DNA of 64,000 bases, from positions 62,001 to 126,000 of the forward strand of contig MU626297.1 of the NCBI GenBank assembly GCA_025603075.1, written 5' to 3'. This DNA comes from Neoconidiobolus thromboides FSU 785. Lineage: Eukaryota; Fungi; Entomophthoromycota. Every line of letters begins with the position of its first letter. Positions within the stretch are counted from its first letter, which is position 1. The notes under the pieces are model-generated. The model was not told the DNA's origin. It worked only from the letters and a program-made list of their open reading frames with translations, and did not search any database. This document shows, piece by piece, positions 1 through 14,265 of this stretch. The translations under genes and the position numbers were made by a program.

Positions 1-80
1 AATTTAGTACAACTTTAGTTCAAATAATTTTTTAATTTGTTTAATCTTTAAATTTAAATTTACTATTTTAAACAAACAAT

Positions 81-186
81 ATCTGGAGATATATTTTTAT
101 ATCTAAGAATTTTACTAACAATTTCTCCACTCAAATAGCTCTTAAAAGATGGAAAAAGTGATGAGGCCGAAAAAACGTCCTCATCT
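81..186 (+). mobile_element. MITE-like dispersed repeat, copy A (~105 bp)
   Basis: Ends ATCTGGAGATAT / ACGTCCTCATCT form a degenerate inverted repeat. The internal AAGAATTTTACTAACAATTTCTCCACTCAAATAGCTCTTAAAAGATGGAAAA is shared with seven other copies in the window. Confidence 0.7.
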
Positions 187-242
187 GTTTCTTTACAAAA
201 CTCTTATCTTTCTGATAAAGTTTTATATAAATAAAAACAACG

Positions 243-346
243 ATGTGAGGATGTATCTTTTTGTTTAAGGATTTTACTGACAATTTTTCTGCTTAAATAG
301 TGCTTAAAAATAGAAAAGTTAATAAAACTGAAAAACATTCTCATAT
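243..346 (+). mobile_element. MITE-like dispersed repeat, copy B
   Basis: Ends ATGTGAGGATGT / ACATTCTCATAT. Same internal core as copy A, same orientation, 56 bp downstream of it. Confidence 0.75.
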
Positions 347-1284
347 AATATAGAGAATATAAAGGAATCTAGAGTAGTGTAAACTTGAATTATTGTCAAA
401 ATACCGAAGACAATATTGTCTATAAGTCTCAAAAAACTTACATGGTATAATAATTTAGCATTGATGTATAAAATCATAAATAGCTATAGCATTAAATCAG
501 CGATTATATATAAATATTTATACTTTAGAACTATAGAATGCCTGATATTTATTTGAGTTTAAATTAATTATACGCATTTGATAAGCTTATTTTTAATGTG
601 TAGACATTTTTATAAATAATTTAAAAGGTTTTGAAAAAAAATACAATTTTTTTTAGTATAGTTGCAATTCTATTAATTATTTAATTCACTTTACTTCATA
701 TAAGGTTTTAAATCAAATCTAGTAACAATGCTTGTAACAAGAAACTTTTTTCTAATATAAATTATTAATTTTTCTACATCAGTAATAAAATAATTTTTAA
801 TGTGATTTGAACAACAAAAAGTTAATAAAAAATACAATTTGTGACTAGTGATTTCAAGGTGAGCTCTTGTGCATTTTGTGGTTTCTATTTATTATTAGAA
901 GCATTTATTTCAATAGAGTTATTGATTATAAATTTATGCATATTTTCTAATTATAAACTATAAAAAATAGTAAAATAAAAGGATATAATTTATAAACCCA
1001 ATATTATATGTATTTTAAAGAAACCTATTGCTCTTTGCCCAAATTAATGTTATCATCATCAGTACTTTTCTTTTAGACTTAGATTTTCAATAATAACAAA
1101 TTACTCACTACACAAGCCCATAAACTACCTAATAAAGTTATATCTATAATTTTCAAAATTTACGCGGCCACCAAAGCTAACTTTTTAAAAAAATGTGAAA
1201 AATAGAGCACTTATTTGCTAAAACTTAAATTCAACTAAAACTAAGAAATCACTTTATCTTCCTATAAATCAATTTTTTAATAAA

Positions 1285-1997
1285 ATGCCAGATGCTATCT
1301 ACCATCAACTTACTGACTTTATACTTCATCCTGATAATCGAGCCCTATTATCCATTGTAAAAGGATTTAGAAATGGTATTGTTTATGGAACTAAAGTACG
1401 CTTCCCACACGCTTTGGTGATGACTTTATTGTTTCGTAGTGGAAGGTATTATTTTTTGTTTTTTAGTTAGACTACTCATAACTATTTAAATAGTATTAAA
1501 GATAAGATCAAAGCCATCTTTTTAGCTACTAGAACTCATGCCAAGAACTTAGCTTTTTTTGTAGCTATTTATAAAACTACTATGCTGGTATTATCTAAGT
1601 TAAACCATAGTAAAGAAGGTAAGTCTCATGCCTTTTTAGCTGGTATGCTAGGTGGTTATGTTGTCTTTGGTAAAGAAATAAGTATAAACAAGCAGGTAAA
1701 GAAAAAGTTTTATATTCTATATTTTAGTTAAATCAATCATTAATTTAATTTCAGATTGTTTTATACTTATTTGCAAGGGTAGTACTTGGGTTGGCAAACT
1801 TACCAATTAAATATAATTACATTTCACAACCAGATGCTTATCCTATCTTTGCAGCTGTAGTTTGGGGTACAGTTATGTGGTTATTTCGCCATGAAGCTTC
1901 AGTATTACAGCCTTCCTTACGTGCATCAATGCAATATCTTTATGTTGATTCTAATTATTGGTCATCTCTTAAAACATTTATTTGGCACAACAAATAG
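1285..1997 (+). CDS. PXMP4: Peroxisomal membrane protein 4 (PXMP4/Pmp4, Tim17 family), 3 exons
   Basis: Spliced by eye (introns ~1446-1493 and ~1696-1754): AL LSIVKGFRNGIVYGTKVRFPHALVMTLLF...HAKNLAFFVAIYK...AFLAGMLGGYVVFG...YPIFAAVVWGTVMWLFRHE...SMQYLY. These match recognised PXMP4 motifs. Confidence 0.9.
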
Positions 1998-2520
1998 TCC
2001 TGGTTAAAACCAATATTTTTAATATGCATATTTATCTTCATCTTTATTTCATTTCCTGAGTTTCGTAATTTTTATCCTATATTTCATGGCTTTCATTTTA
2101 CTATCGTAACGAACATTAGGATGTGACTATTTTGTTTGAATGAGTATTATATTAAAAATGTATAGAGTTTTTACCTTATCCTAGTTTTTATTATTCAAAA
2201 TGACAAAAAATAAAAATTTAATTAGTCTTATTAATTTAATTAATTTTTAACTACAACATAGTTCTATTTTCAGCTTAGTTTATTATAGACATTATGAATA
2301 ACAGTTTTCTTTAATAGGGTATAAAAAAACTTTATTATTAAGCTTCAATTAATAAAACAATGACTTGCAGTCGAAGTTTCTAGAGAAATTAGACAGCAAA
2401 ATTTTAATTTGTGGCTGGAAGCCCAACTACCAAATCAAACCACAATGAATCTAGTAAGCTTAAAAATAAATCGAGTCAATAATTACTAGGATTGCTGAGC
2501 TATCAACTGAACCCTTCTCT

Positions 2521-2639
2521 GACCAATCAGTTTAATAAAAAACACCTCTTATTGGTTATCATGAAGTAGACGAATGCTCCATTATTTTTCAGTCTACTAT
2601 TAGCTAATGGGGTAAACAAGCTCGCATTAGATTGGCTAA
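2521..2639. promoter_or_regulatory. Three CCAAT (NF-Y/HAP) boxes upstream of UBC4
   Basis: GACCAATCAG (2521), ATTGGTT (2551) and GATTGGCTA (2630) lie within ~200 bp of the UBC4 ATG. Two match the extended NF-Y consensus. Confidence 0.45.
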
Positions 2640-2725
2640 AAACTAGGTGAGAGTGAGTAAATGAAAAGATTTAAATAGAAGAAAATTCAATAAAAAAACA
2701 AAAACTTTTTTTAAAAAAATATAAA

Positions 2726-3527
<802 letters not shown>

Positions 3528-4851
3528 TTAATAGTAATAAATGATAATGTATTAATATATTTTTTATTAGCATAAATAAAAAGAAGAGCGTGAAGATTAC
3601 AATTTCTCCATTTAAAATGGTCTTTGCTTTTATTTTTGATACTTACTACTTTAAATAAAATGTATCGATGAATTTTATGTCATGTTTTTTTGTTTCTTTT
3701 AATGGAGAACTGGAAGTGCTTATTTATATGCTTATTTGTTTACACGCTTAGTTTGCTGTGTTTTATAGTTGTTGGTATTTATTTTATTACATAGAAGATA
3801 CAGAATTAAAACGATTAAAGTTTTAGATAGTTATTAGTATTATAAAGATAATAATAACTTTGAAATTTATATTAACAATCTACTTTTATTTAATGACATT
3901 AACAACAAAAATAATATAACTATTACTTAAAGCTATCAATAATAGATTATGACTTTAGCATGGTATAACTATAGTAAATAAAAGTTAAAAAAGTCAAATA
4001 ATTTAACATAAATGTATGATAATGTCCCTTTTTGTTTAATAATTCAACCAATAACTTTTTAAATTTTCATTGAATGAAGAATGGACAAAACAGAGAAAAC
4101 CAAATAAAGACATTACTAAACGTAAAAACAAGCAAAAATGATACAATAAAAGTTACTAAACATGATTTTTATAAAATCTAAATTCCATAAACCCATATCG
4201 AAAACAGTAGAACTACCTTCAACCGAGCAACTGATATTCTTGTAATAAAATTCAGTTTAAGCTGCAAATATCATTTCAATTTAAAGTTGCCTACTTTAAC
4301 AATTCTTTACCAATCGGAGTATAGTGTAAAAACCAGTGAGATCAGATCCTTTCTAAAGAACAACTTAGATTCCGCAATATATTTTTTTGCAACAAGTAAA
4401 TAAAAGGTATATTTTTAGTGAGCAAAAAAAATTATGCCCATTTAGTAAGTATAGCTGATACCTTTTTCCAGAATCATTGGCTTGCTTTTAAAATTATTTC
4501 ATCTTACTTTGGGGATTTTATGACTAATTTTCAAATAATAGTTAAAACTTAAATTAAAATTGGTTTACTGTCTAGATGGCACAATTAGCTTATTATTCAA
4601 TCAGAGTTTTCAATTCAATTTCTACTTTGATCTTTTATTAGAAATAAAAATACTAAATTATACCCATAACTTTAATATTTGGCCATAAACACCTTGTTTT
4701 CTTTACCAACAAGTCAATTTGTTACTATCATACAAAAATAACATTTGCTCAATTTTATAAGATTGTTCTATAATAAAAATATACCTAAAATTAGATACTT
4801 TATATGCCAATTCAAAGATCAATATTTGATAACCGAAATAGGTGCTGTAAG

Positions 4852-4951
4852 ATGTGGGTATGTTTTTTTCATTACTTTTTTTATCTTTTAAGTGCTATTT
4901 AAGTGGAAAATTTGTTAGTAGAATTCTTAAATAAAAAATACATCCCCATAT
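4852..4951 (-). mobile_element. MITE-like dispersed repeat, copy C
   Basis: Ends ATGTGGGTATGT / ACATCCCCATAT. Reverse complement of the copy A/B core. Confidence 0.75.
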
Positions 4952-5606
4952 TCTAAAACTTATTTTAATTTATTTAGTTGATTAGTAATATTAAAACTGA
5001 AACTAAAAATATAATAACAATCTAAGCCTTATATCATCACTTTAAATAAACTTTATTTTATAATAAAAATATATAAGTTTGTATTAAATTAGGATAAATT
5101 AACGTTATAGATAAAGAGAAATGATTGTTGCCCTACATTTAAATTTATATGAGCAGATAAGGAAGCCAAAAAGAACATATTACTTTATTAAGAATATGTA
5201 TTTATCTTGAGGAAATAACGACATAGAATTGATAAAAATGAAATGATAAAAGGTTATTCTTTAGGCTAAACGAGAATAATAAAAGTATTTACTGATAACC
5301 ACAAATCAATTACTTTTATTAATAAAAAGTAGATTCTGGCTGATTCAATTATCATATGCTGTGGGAATTTTTAAGAATCCTTGTGTAATAATTTGAAAAT
5401 TATATCTTTTTAATTGGATAATAAAGGGTCTTTTATCTTTATTTGGCAAGTGATTTGTCAAAATTAAATTTGATAAGGAATTAACAAGTTATTACACAAA
5501 ATATCATAAATTTATATCAGATAATAACACTTCAAATTTAAGACCAACGAAGATAGGAGAATATAAAAACAACTTTAATGACATTTACTCTTTAACTTTA
5601 TCTAAA

Positions 5607-7465
5607 ATGGTATTAAAAAGTAATTTAAAATAAAATAATTGGGATACTTTAAATTAATATATTTATAGACAGTATTATAAAGTTAGCTTCTAACACAAGA
5701 GGTTTATTCAAACTCAAACCAGATAGTACGTTACTATTAAAAAGAAGTATAAATACGAGTTCAGACAATAAAACAAAAAGCGGCTTTAGATTTTTAAGGT
5801 ATGCTTACCGTGGAGGTGTTATTACAATTCAATTGATTGCTTTGGCTGTACTTGCAAACGCCATATTTCATTCCAATCCAGTTGTACAGCCACTTGAACC
5901 TGTTTTAGAAAAACCGGAGGATGGTCGTAAGCGTGTAATTATTTTAGGATCCGGATGGGGAGCCACTTCGTTGATCAAGAAATTAGATCCAAAAGAGTTT
6001 GACGTTGTTATAGTATCACCAAGAAATTATTTCCTATTTACTCCTTTATTACCAAGTTGTACCGTGGGAACTTTAGAACACCGTTCTATTTTAGAATCCA
6101 TTCGTTATATTATTCGACATAAAACTGGAAATGTTCAATTTGTTGAAGCAGATTGTACCAAGATTGATTCAAAAAATAATAAGATAACTATTAAAGATAC
6201 TTCCGAAATACAGGGTAAAATTAATTCTTCCGAATTATACTATGATTATTTAGTAGTTGCTGTTGGAGCTGAGACTGCAACATTTAATATTCCCGGTGTA
6301 AAAGAATACTCATGCTGCTTAAAGGAAATTTGGGATGCAAAGAAGATAAGGCAACAATTAAGTGATTGTATAGAAACTGCTGCTTTTGCTGGACAAGATG
6401 AAAAAGAAAAAGAGCGTTTGCTTCATATGATTGTAGTAGGGGGTGGACCAACTGGTGTAGAATATGCTGCTGAGTTACAGGATTATCTTGCAGAGGATCT
6501 TAAAAAATGGTATCCGGAAATTGCTGATAAGTTTAAGATTACTTTGATCGAAGCTTTACCAACTGTTTTACCCTCCTTCTCAAAAACTTTAATTGACTAT
6601 ACTGAGTCTACTCTCCGTTATAATAAAATTAATGTTTTAACCAAATCTAGGGTGCAAAAGGTAACTCCAACTACTGTTACTATTAAGAATGCCAATGATG
6701 AAGATGAAGAGATTCCATATGGTATGTATAAATATAAATTATACTATTTAACTTAATCTAACTATTTTTAGGCCTTTTAGTTTGGGCTGCAGGTAATACT
6801 GCTCGTCCAGTTGTTAAAGATTTGATTACCCAATTCCCTGAAATTCAAACAAATAGGTAATTAATGATAGTTTTCTAAGTAAATAATTTATTGGTAAAAA
6901 AAATAGACGTGGTATCTTAGTTGATGATCATTTAATGATGGTAGGTTCTGACAATATTTTTGCTCTCGGTGATGCTACAGCAACTAGGTAATTGAATTTT
7001 ATTAGACTATTAAACTTTATATAACTTTAATTTAGTTATGCCCCAACAGCACAAGTTGCTAGTCAACAAGGAAAATACCTTGCTAAATTATTAAAGTCTA
7101 CTTTAAACGCTGATAACTTCCAAGAAGTAAAGACTAAACAAAAACCTTTCCATTATACCCATAACGGCTCATTAGCGTAAGATTATTATTTTAATTTATA
7201 TAAATTAGTTTATTAATTTTTTGTAGTTATATTGGATCTGAAAAAGCAATTGCAGATATACCTTTCATGAATATTAATTTTCCAATAGGTGGTGCTAGTA
7301 AGTTTAATAACTTGTATATTTAATTTGGTATTAATTTCATTAGTGACTTATCTTTTCTGGAAATCGGCTTATTTATCCAATTTATTCTCTATTCGTAATG
7401 CTGCTTTAGTATCCTTAGATTGGACAAAGAAATTCCTTTATGGTAGAGATATCTCCAGAGAATAG
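5607..7465 (+). CDS. NDE1: Alternative (type II) mitochondrial NADH dehydrogenase, Nde1/Ndi1 family, multi-exon
   Basis: MVLK|NSIIKLASNTRGLFKLK... is a basic presequence-like N-terminus. Two dinucleotide-binding motifs (ILGSGWGA, IVVGGGPTGVEYAAE), RNYFLFTPLLPS, ALGDA, APTAQVASQQGKYLA, and a C-terminal FYGRDISRE* at 7465. Confidence 0.95.
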
Positions 7466-8135
7466 ACGCTCATAATAATTGTTAATTCAATTATTATTTA
7501 ATTTAATTAAAGATTCCATCGTATATAAATAGAAAATTATACAATGTTGAAACAAACTTAGAAATAAATTAGATGTGAATAGTTGCTAAATCGTTTTGTC
7601 AATCAAATATTAATATTTTTTATTAAATCTGATTGTTGTAAGACTATACTAAAATATAATTTAAGTTCAAAGAATATTATGTTGGTGGAAATAGTTATGT
7701 AGAAAATTCTATTATCAAATGCGATATCACTTACATTATATTTAAAAGTAGCCAAAGTAACAACCGTTTCATTATCGAAGTCGCAAGCATAAAAATTAAT
7801 CTAGTAAAATTATCTTCATTATTTTATAAATTCTATATAATATTTAAACAAAGAATCAGTTAGTAAATGGAATAGATAACAATAATCCTTTCCTCTTTCT
7901 ATATTCAATAAACTTGTTTTACAAGGACCTGTATATACTATAGCGTTCTCAAAGTATTATTAGAATATTACTTAAAAGCTCAATTTATTCAAAGTAATAA
8001 TTATGTATAGATTTAAATAAAAATAAAGAATACTAATTTGAAATAGCAAAGTAAACTAGAAAATTTAAAGACAGATAATAACATACATTCAAATGAATGA
8101 ATAATTAATAGTAAACGACTATATGCATTAATTAC

Positions 8136-9121
8136 TCAACGGTCATAAGAGCCTCTCTTTAAAACTTTGCCAGATCCATGTTTAGATTTTCCACCTTTAC
8201 TTGGTCCTTTAGCTATATTCAATGTTTCACTTTTAAGGGTAATAAACTGTTCCTTTTTCTCTTCATGTTTAGCACGTTTTGCTTCATAATGTAGATCAAG
8301 TTTCTTTTCTTCATCATCTAAAATGCTAAGTACTCCTTGGCATCTTTTACGCCTAAAGAATAAAGTAATTATTTATTTTAAAAAAGGGTTACTAGTTTAT
8401 AACTTACCATTCTTTGAGTTGTAAAATTAATTTTGGAATTTTTTCTGGATGAATTTCTGTAGAAATACATTTTTTTACGATAATATGTTTCTCTTTTTGA
8501 TTGACTTTGCCTTTCATGATACCTTGATGGGCTGTTACTATAAAAAAATCTTCCATCTCTCGTTCTATTTTAAAATCGAGCTCAGCTAATAAAGTGGAGT
8601 ATGGTTGTTTCTAAATATCGAATTAACATCACAAAATTAAGGAACTCTTATTTCTTTTACCTTTTTAATATTGAATAATTTAATAAGAGTAAGTTCCCTG
8701 AGCTTTTTTAATTCATCTTTATTTAATTTTATTGAGCCATTTGTTTTTTCTTTTAATTTAAACTTCAATATTATAAATAAATCAATTAAATTGTGAACTA
8801 ACCTTTAAATCCTTTCAAATCGTCAAAGCAAAATATTTCCAATAAATCAACAGTGTCCTTATACTTCTCGTTTTGTTTAAGCTAATAAGAATGAAATCTA
8901 AATTTAAAATTCTTAAAAATTTAAATTAGTTAGGTTACCTTTTGAACACTTGGTAAAGCTAATAAATCAACAAAATAAAAGAAATCTGGACCAACAATGG
9001 TTTCCTTAATTAAGTTAACCAATTCTTCATTCTCAAATGTACTTGCTTTATTTAAGATTTCTTCTAAGCTTAATTTATCTTCCAGTTTTTCTGCTTTTTC
9101 TATTTTGTTATTTGAACTCAT
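8136..9121 (-). CDS. CSN7: PCI-domain protein, COP9 signalosome subunit 7-like, multi-exon
   Basis: LIKETIVGPDFFYFVDLLALPSVQK, LLEIFCFDDL, KKLRELTLIKL and EREMEDFFIVTAHQGIMKGKVNQKEKHIIVKKCISTEIHPEKIPKLILQLKEW follow the CSN7 PCI pattern. eIF3m is a less likely alternative. Confidence 0.7.
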
Positions 9122-9451
9122 TGCTTTTAAAAAAAATGATGCAATCAAAATTTGAAGTTGGGTTTTTTATTTTTGATAAATTTCAATCACTGCAATTTTT
9201 GCTGCTGTTATTTACTTTAAAAATAGTAGTATACTATATACTAATATAATTTTAATAAATTCAGAAATAAATAGAAACTTATCCATAGTATATAACATAG
9301 AAGTTATATTATTTTTCATAATAAAACTTTAATCAATTTCATACTATTCCAATTTTTACTCATATAAGATCCTAAACCCTTAAAATAACTTCAAGCAGCT
9401 AAATAAATTTCAAAAGCAAAATTTCGAAATATTTAATTTTCTTAACAAAAA

Positions 9452-10287
9452 ATGGTTGATCAAGATAACATAGTAATACCAGGGAGTCCATTGGGGTATG
9501 TGAATCGATATGAAGCGGGAAAAGGAACATATGTACATAATGGGATCATTTATTCTGGTTTGTTAGGCACTAAAAGTTTACTAAAGCCAAGGGAAGGAAG
9601 CAAAGTAAATATTAAAATTAAACTTTAAAAGTTAATAATTGAATTTTAAATAGAAATCAATATTGACGGTTTTAAACCAGGCTGAAACATTTTGTGTACC
9701 AGAAGTTGGGGATGTGGTATGGTTTTACTTTATAAAAAAGGGTTTTTTTGATGTTCAAATGGTATTTTTTTAGGTAACTTGTAAAGTGATTAAAATTTTA
9801 CCTAAAATGGCAGGGTTGAAAATTTTAATGGTTGGACATACTCCATGTGCTGATGATTATTCAGGGGTTATCAGGTAATATTAGAAATCGAGTTATAAAA
9901 TATCATTTATAAATATTTATTTAAATTAGGTCACAGGATGTAAGAGCAACAGATAAAGATAGAGTACAAATTTTTCAATCTTTTAGACCTGGAGATATTG
10001 TAAAAGCTGAAGTGGTAATTGTTACTTATTAAATCATTTTGAAGTCTTGATTAATCATTAATAGATTTCTCTTGGAGATTCCAAATCATATTATCTTTCA
10101 ACAGCAAAAAATGAACTTGGGGTACTCATTGCTACAAGTCCAGCAGGTAATGAAAGTTGTTTTATTTGTTACTGGTAGATTCTAATTTAAATTTTTAGGT
10201 GAAACAATGATACCTATTTCATGGCAAGAAATGCAATGTCCAAAAACTAAAATAATAGAAAATAGAAAGTGTGCTAAACCATTTTAA
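9452..10287 (+). CDS. CSL4: RNA exosome cap subunit Csl4 (EXOSC1), 6 exons
   Basis: IVIPGSPLG...YEAGKGTYV; [12 protein letters not shown]; [37 protein letters not shown]; [12 protein letters not shown]; [26 protein letters not shown]. Confidence 0.96.
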
Positions 10288-10765
10288 TCATTAGTTGATA
10301 ATTACAGTATTAAAGTTTAAAATAAGTATTATGATATAGATTGAACTTAATGTCTGTTTAATACATTTTATCTTTTGATTGATTATTGTTGATAAGAGTA
10401 AGTTTATTCATTTATAGTTATTATGGTTTATAGAAACATAACAGGATATATACTTAATTTGTATCTTTAGCTTGGATGGATTTAGAGAATCTAATGATAT
10501 TTTTGAAAATGTTTATTAAAAAGGGTGTTAAAATGTTTCAATATTTAATAGACAAAACTAGAAAAATAAATATATAGTGATAATAGTAAATTCTTTCGTA
10601 AGTTAATATGATATTAATATGGGTTATCTTTGTCAAAAAAATACATAAAATTAATATTTATCTTTTTATTTATTTATAACAATCGCAAATTACTCTACCT
10701 TAAACTCAGAACTAATTTTATCTTCGTATACCTAACAAAATTAATATTTATTCTACTTTAATAAT

Positions 10766-12081
10766 TTAACTTACATCTAAAAGATTAATCAAATATTCAG
10801 CCACGACTTTAGTAAACCAAGGTTTGGGGTTCAAAGTACCTTCCCACCAACCAATATGACCGCCAATTTCAGTAGTAGCTAAAAGGATATAAGGATTATC
10901 ACTAAATAAAACAAATTCAGCAATAAAAAGAAATAAACAAAAAGAAAGTACTCTGCATCATGATAAGGAATTGAAAGTTTAGGGGAAATTGGATCATCAT
11001 CAGCATTAAATATTAATAACGGAATTTTAACAGTTGACAAATGTTGATTGGAACTTGCCCAACGATAATATTCATCCGCTGTTTTATGGCCTGAAAATTT
11101 ACACGTTACATCTCTATCAAAAGCTCGTACCGTTTTCCACTAATAAAATAGATTAATAAAAGTAATTAATTTAATCCAATTAAGTACTTACTTCTTGTCT
11201 AATTACATGATCTTTTAAATATAATTCATGTCTAAATATTAATTAATATTACTGTTTGTTAAAATAGCTATATTGTTATAGATTACTTACTTTTCATAAA
11301 GTTTTACCAAACCAGAGCTCAATACAGGATCATAGAAAGTACTTTGAATCCAGTTATCTTTCATTTGTCTTGAACAATCAATCAAATCATTAGGATTGGA
11401 AACTGAAACGGCTCCTAATAATGGACATTTATCTTCCATTTCACCTATATATTTAACTAACAAATTAGCCCCTAAAGAAAAACCACAAGCAAATAAAAAA
11501 GTATCTGGGCACTTATTTTTTATATAATTAATTGCAAACTTTAAATCTCGATGATCTCCTGCATTATAAAGTCGAGGACTACATAATTCGATTCCACCAC
11601 AACCACGGAAATTTAACACAGCTATTCGAAATCGAGAACTTAATTTTTCTACTGTGGCTCGTACATAATATTCACTCGAATTACCAGTTAATCCATGTAA
11701 TATCAAAACGATAGGTTTTTTATCGTTGATTGAGGTAGGTTTATTCGGATACCAATCCAAAGCGGCTTGACCTTGGTCATCATAAGTTAAAATATCTCGT
11801 TCGTAATGGATAATTAAGGAATGTTTTTTATTATTATAAGAAGTAAATATAGTTTGTAAGTGTCCATTTCTTAACCATGGAGTTGGTAAGTAAGGAGTAT
11901 GATTGGACAAAGTTTTACTAGTGTCAAGTAGATGATCTAATAATTTAACTCGTTGATTATTGATTAATAAATTATTAATATTTTTATTATAATATAATTG
12001 AACTGGTACATGATTCATTAATTTATACATTAAAGTAGTTATTATCAAGAATAATATTGTATATAACAATATATTATCCAT
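10766..12081 (-). CDS. Alpha/beta-hydrolase, AB hydrolase 4 family (YheT/ABHD1-3/Eht1-like acyl esterase), multi-exon
   Basis: PTPWLRNGHLQTI; LILHGLTGNSSEYYVR; LNFRGCG; nucleophile motif GFSLG; downstream exons VRAFDRDVT, NADDDP (Asp) and TEIGGHIGW (His). N-terminal hydrophobic anchor. The ORF track starts earlier at a GTG (12129); the first ATG is at 12081. Confidence 0.9.
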
Positions 12082-12268
12082 TATTAATTTATATTCTATT
12101 AAAAAATAATTATTGATTTTATATCTCACTTGTAAATAATATTTTTATTCAACCTCATTTTATTTTAAAATTTCATCAAATCATTTAAAGCTTGGATTAA
12201 TAATAATAATTCAAAATTACATCAATTAGAAGTTGTTACTTTTTTGAATAAAATAAAATAAAGATAAA

Positions 12269-13142
12269 ATGGCTTCTACAACAACTAAACTAATTGAGAT
12301 TACAAATGAAGAAACTTTTGAGCAAATAATTCAAGGAGAAGAAAATAAAAATAAAATATTAATATTCTATTTCTGGGCAAGTTGGGCTGATGGTTGTAAA
12401 GATATGGAACAAGTTCTAGTCACTTTAGCTGAATTATATCCTCAATTATGTTATTATAAGGTAAATCAGTTTTAAATTCAAAGATAAAAAAATAAATTTT
12501 AATCTTTTAATCTTTTAATCATAATAAAATAGATTGAAGCTGAAGAGTTACCCGATGTATCCGAAAGTTTTGATATTGATTCAGTACCAAGTTTTGTATT
12601 TATTAAAGTAAGTTAAGATGATTTGACTTTTAAATTACAAATTAATTTTGATTTAGGGTGGAAAATTATTACAAACTATAATGGGAGCAAATGCTATTGA
12701 ATTAACTGAAACGGTTGAAAAATATATTCAATTAATAGGCTCTAAAGTGAAGCCAAGAGTCGAAACATCCAAAGAAGATATCAATGAAAGATTAGAGAAA
12801 TTAGTTAATTTAGATAAAGTTATGATCTTTATTAAAGGTTCACCAGAAGCACCTAAATGTGGGTTTTCTAGACAATTAATCAATATATTAAAAGAACAAG
12901 GGGTTCGTTATCAACATTTTGATATTCTTAAAGATGATCAAGTTAGACAAGGTAAGTTAATGATATAATAATAATAATAAATTAATTTTATTTTTATTTT
13001 AGGTTTAAAAAAATATTCTAATTGGCCAACTTATCCTCAATTTTATGTTAATGGGGAGTTAATGGGTGGTTTAGATATTATTAAAGAAATGATTGATATG
13101 GAAGAATTTATTGATAGTATCCCTAAAGAAAATAGAATTTGA
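12269..13142 (+). CDS. GRX3: Multidomain monothiol glutaredoxin (Trx-Grx, Grx3/4/PICOT type), 4 exons
   Basis: N-terminal thioredoxin-like FWASWADGC...[19 protein letters not shown]. Grx domain [54 protein letters not shown]. Confidence 0.95.
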
Positions 13143-13189
13143 AAGATTCAATATATAAAATATCCCACTTTTATTAAACAAAAATGATT

Positions 13190-13239
<50 letters not shown>

Positions 13240-13244
13240 TTATT

Positions 13245-14003
13245 TTATAATTTATCATTTAATAATAAACAACGGGCTATTTTTAACACAATTATTAAAA
13301 TAGTTGATTCAGGTAATAAATTCTATAATAAAAGTGGAATATTAATATTAATATTAATAATATACAATATTAAAATAAGAAATAATACCCTGAATATTGG
13401 AACTAATTCATTATTATTTTGATTAGTTAATATAGCTAAATAAAATTTAACTTGAAACTTAGTAAATCCTTCTAATATGTAAATTTGTTGAATGTTTTCA
13501 ATTGGTATAAATAAGGTGGTTTTTGATGTTCTTTTAGTTGTTAATTGAATTCCTAATTGTGAAAATATTGTTACTGATTCTAAATAATATTTAATAATTA
13601 TTATATTATTAATATTATATTAAATATATTTTATTAATTACCATATTCTATCCTTTGATATTTGGAATAAATCATATTAAATAGAATAAACAAAAATAAC
13701 AAATGAAACAACTAAATATAAAATGTAAATATAAGATTATTAAAATAAACAAAATAAATAAAGATCAATAAAAACAAATAAACTTACTATTCCAATAAGA
13801 TTTAATAAATAAAGAGTAAAATAGAGTATTAAGGTAATAGTTAATAAATAGTAATACTTTGTTTTACTTTGATTAATTATTTTTATCTTATAACAATTAT
13901 TATCTATATTTTTGTATTCTATTTTATATTTAGACGTTATTATATCTAATTGCTTAATTAATTGTTCTATCTTTTCTTCTATAGGTATTGTTTCTTGCTT
14001 CAT
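13245..14003 (-). CDS. GPI15: GPI-GlcNAc transferase subunit H (PIG-H/Gpi15), multi-exon
   Basis: Two hydrophobic segments followed by ESVTIFSQLGIQLTT...FIPIENIQQIYILEGFTKFQVKFYLAI...LVPIFR|NLLP, which is the PIG-H domain pattern. Confidence 0.75.
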
Positions 14004-14265
14004 ATTTATTTTATTATTTATATATAATAATGTTTAATTCTATTACAAATTAAAAGAGTATTGAATGAATTTTACTCAATTTTCTAATAAATAGTTTTAT
14101 GATAAATAAGATTGTTATCTACCAATCAATTTCGAATTCATTTTTATCTTAACAAAATTGTAGAATAATCATAATAATAATCAAATATCAAAACAATCAA
14201 ATATCAAAACAATCAAAAACACTTTTTTTATTTTTTATTTTTTATTTTTTATTTAAAAAGAAAAG

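Noticed and set aside
2445-2498. Hairpin ATGAATCTAGTAA...TTACTAGGATTGCTGA as a SECIS element or C/D snoRNA
   Set aside because: The stem does not stay in register with a UGAN/NGAN quartet, the C box is non-consensus, and no in-frame TGA selenoprotein lies upstream.
4080-4500. Degenerate transposase remnant in the UBC4-NDE1 spacer
   Set aside because: All frames have multiple stops, and no DDE, RT or integrase motif could be supported.
7620-7960. Minus-strand coding-like stretch between NDE1 and CSN7
   Set aside because: It needs at least two frameshifts, has no start codon and matches no known motif.
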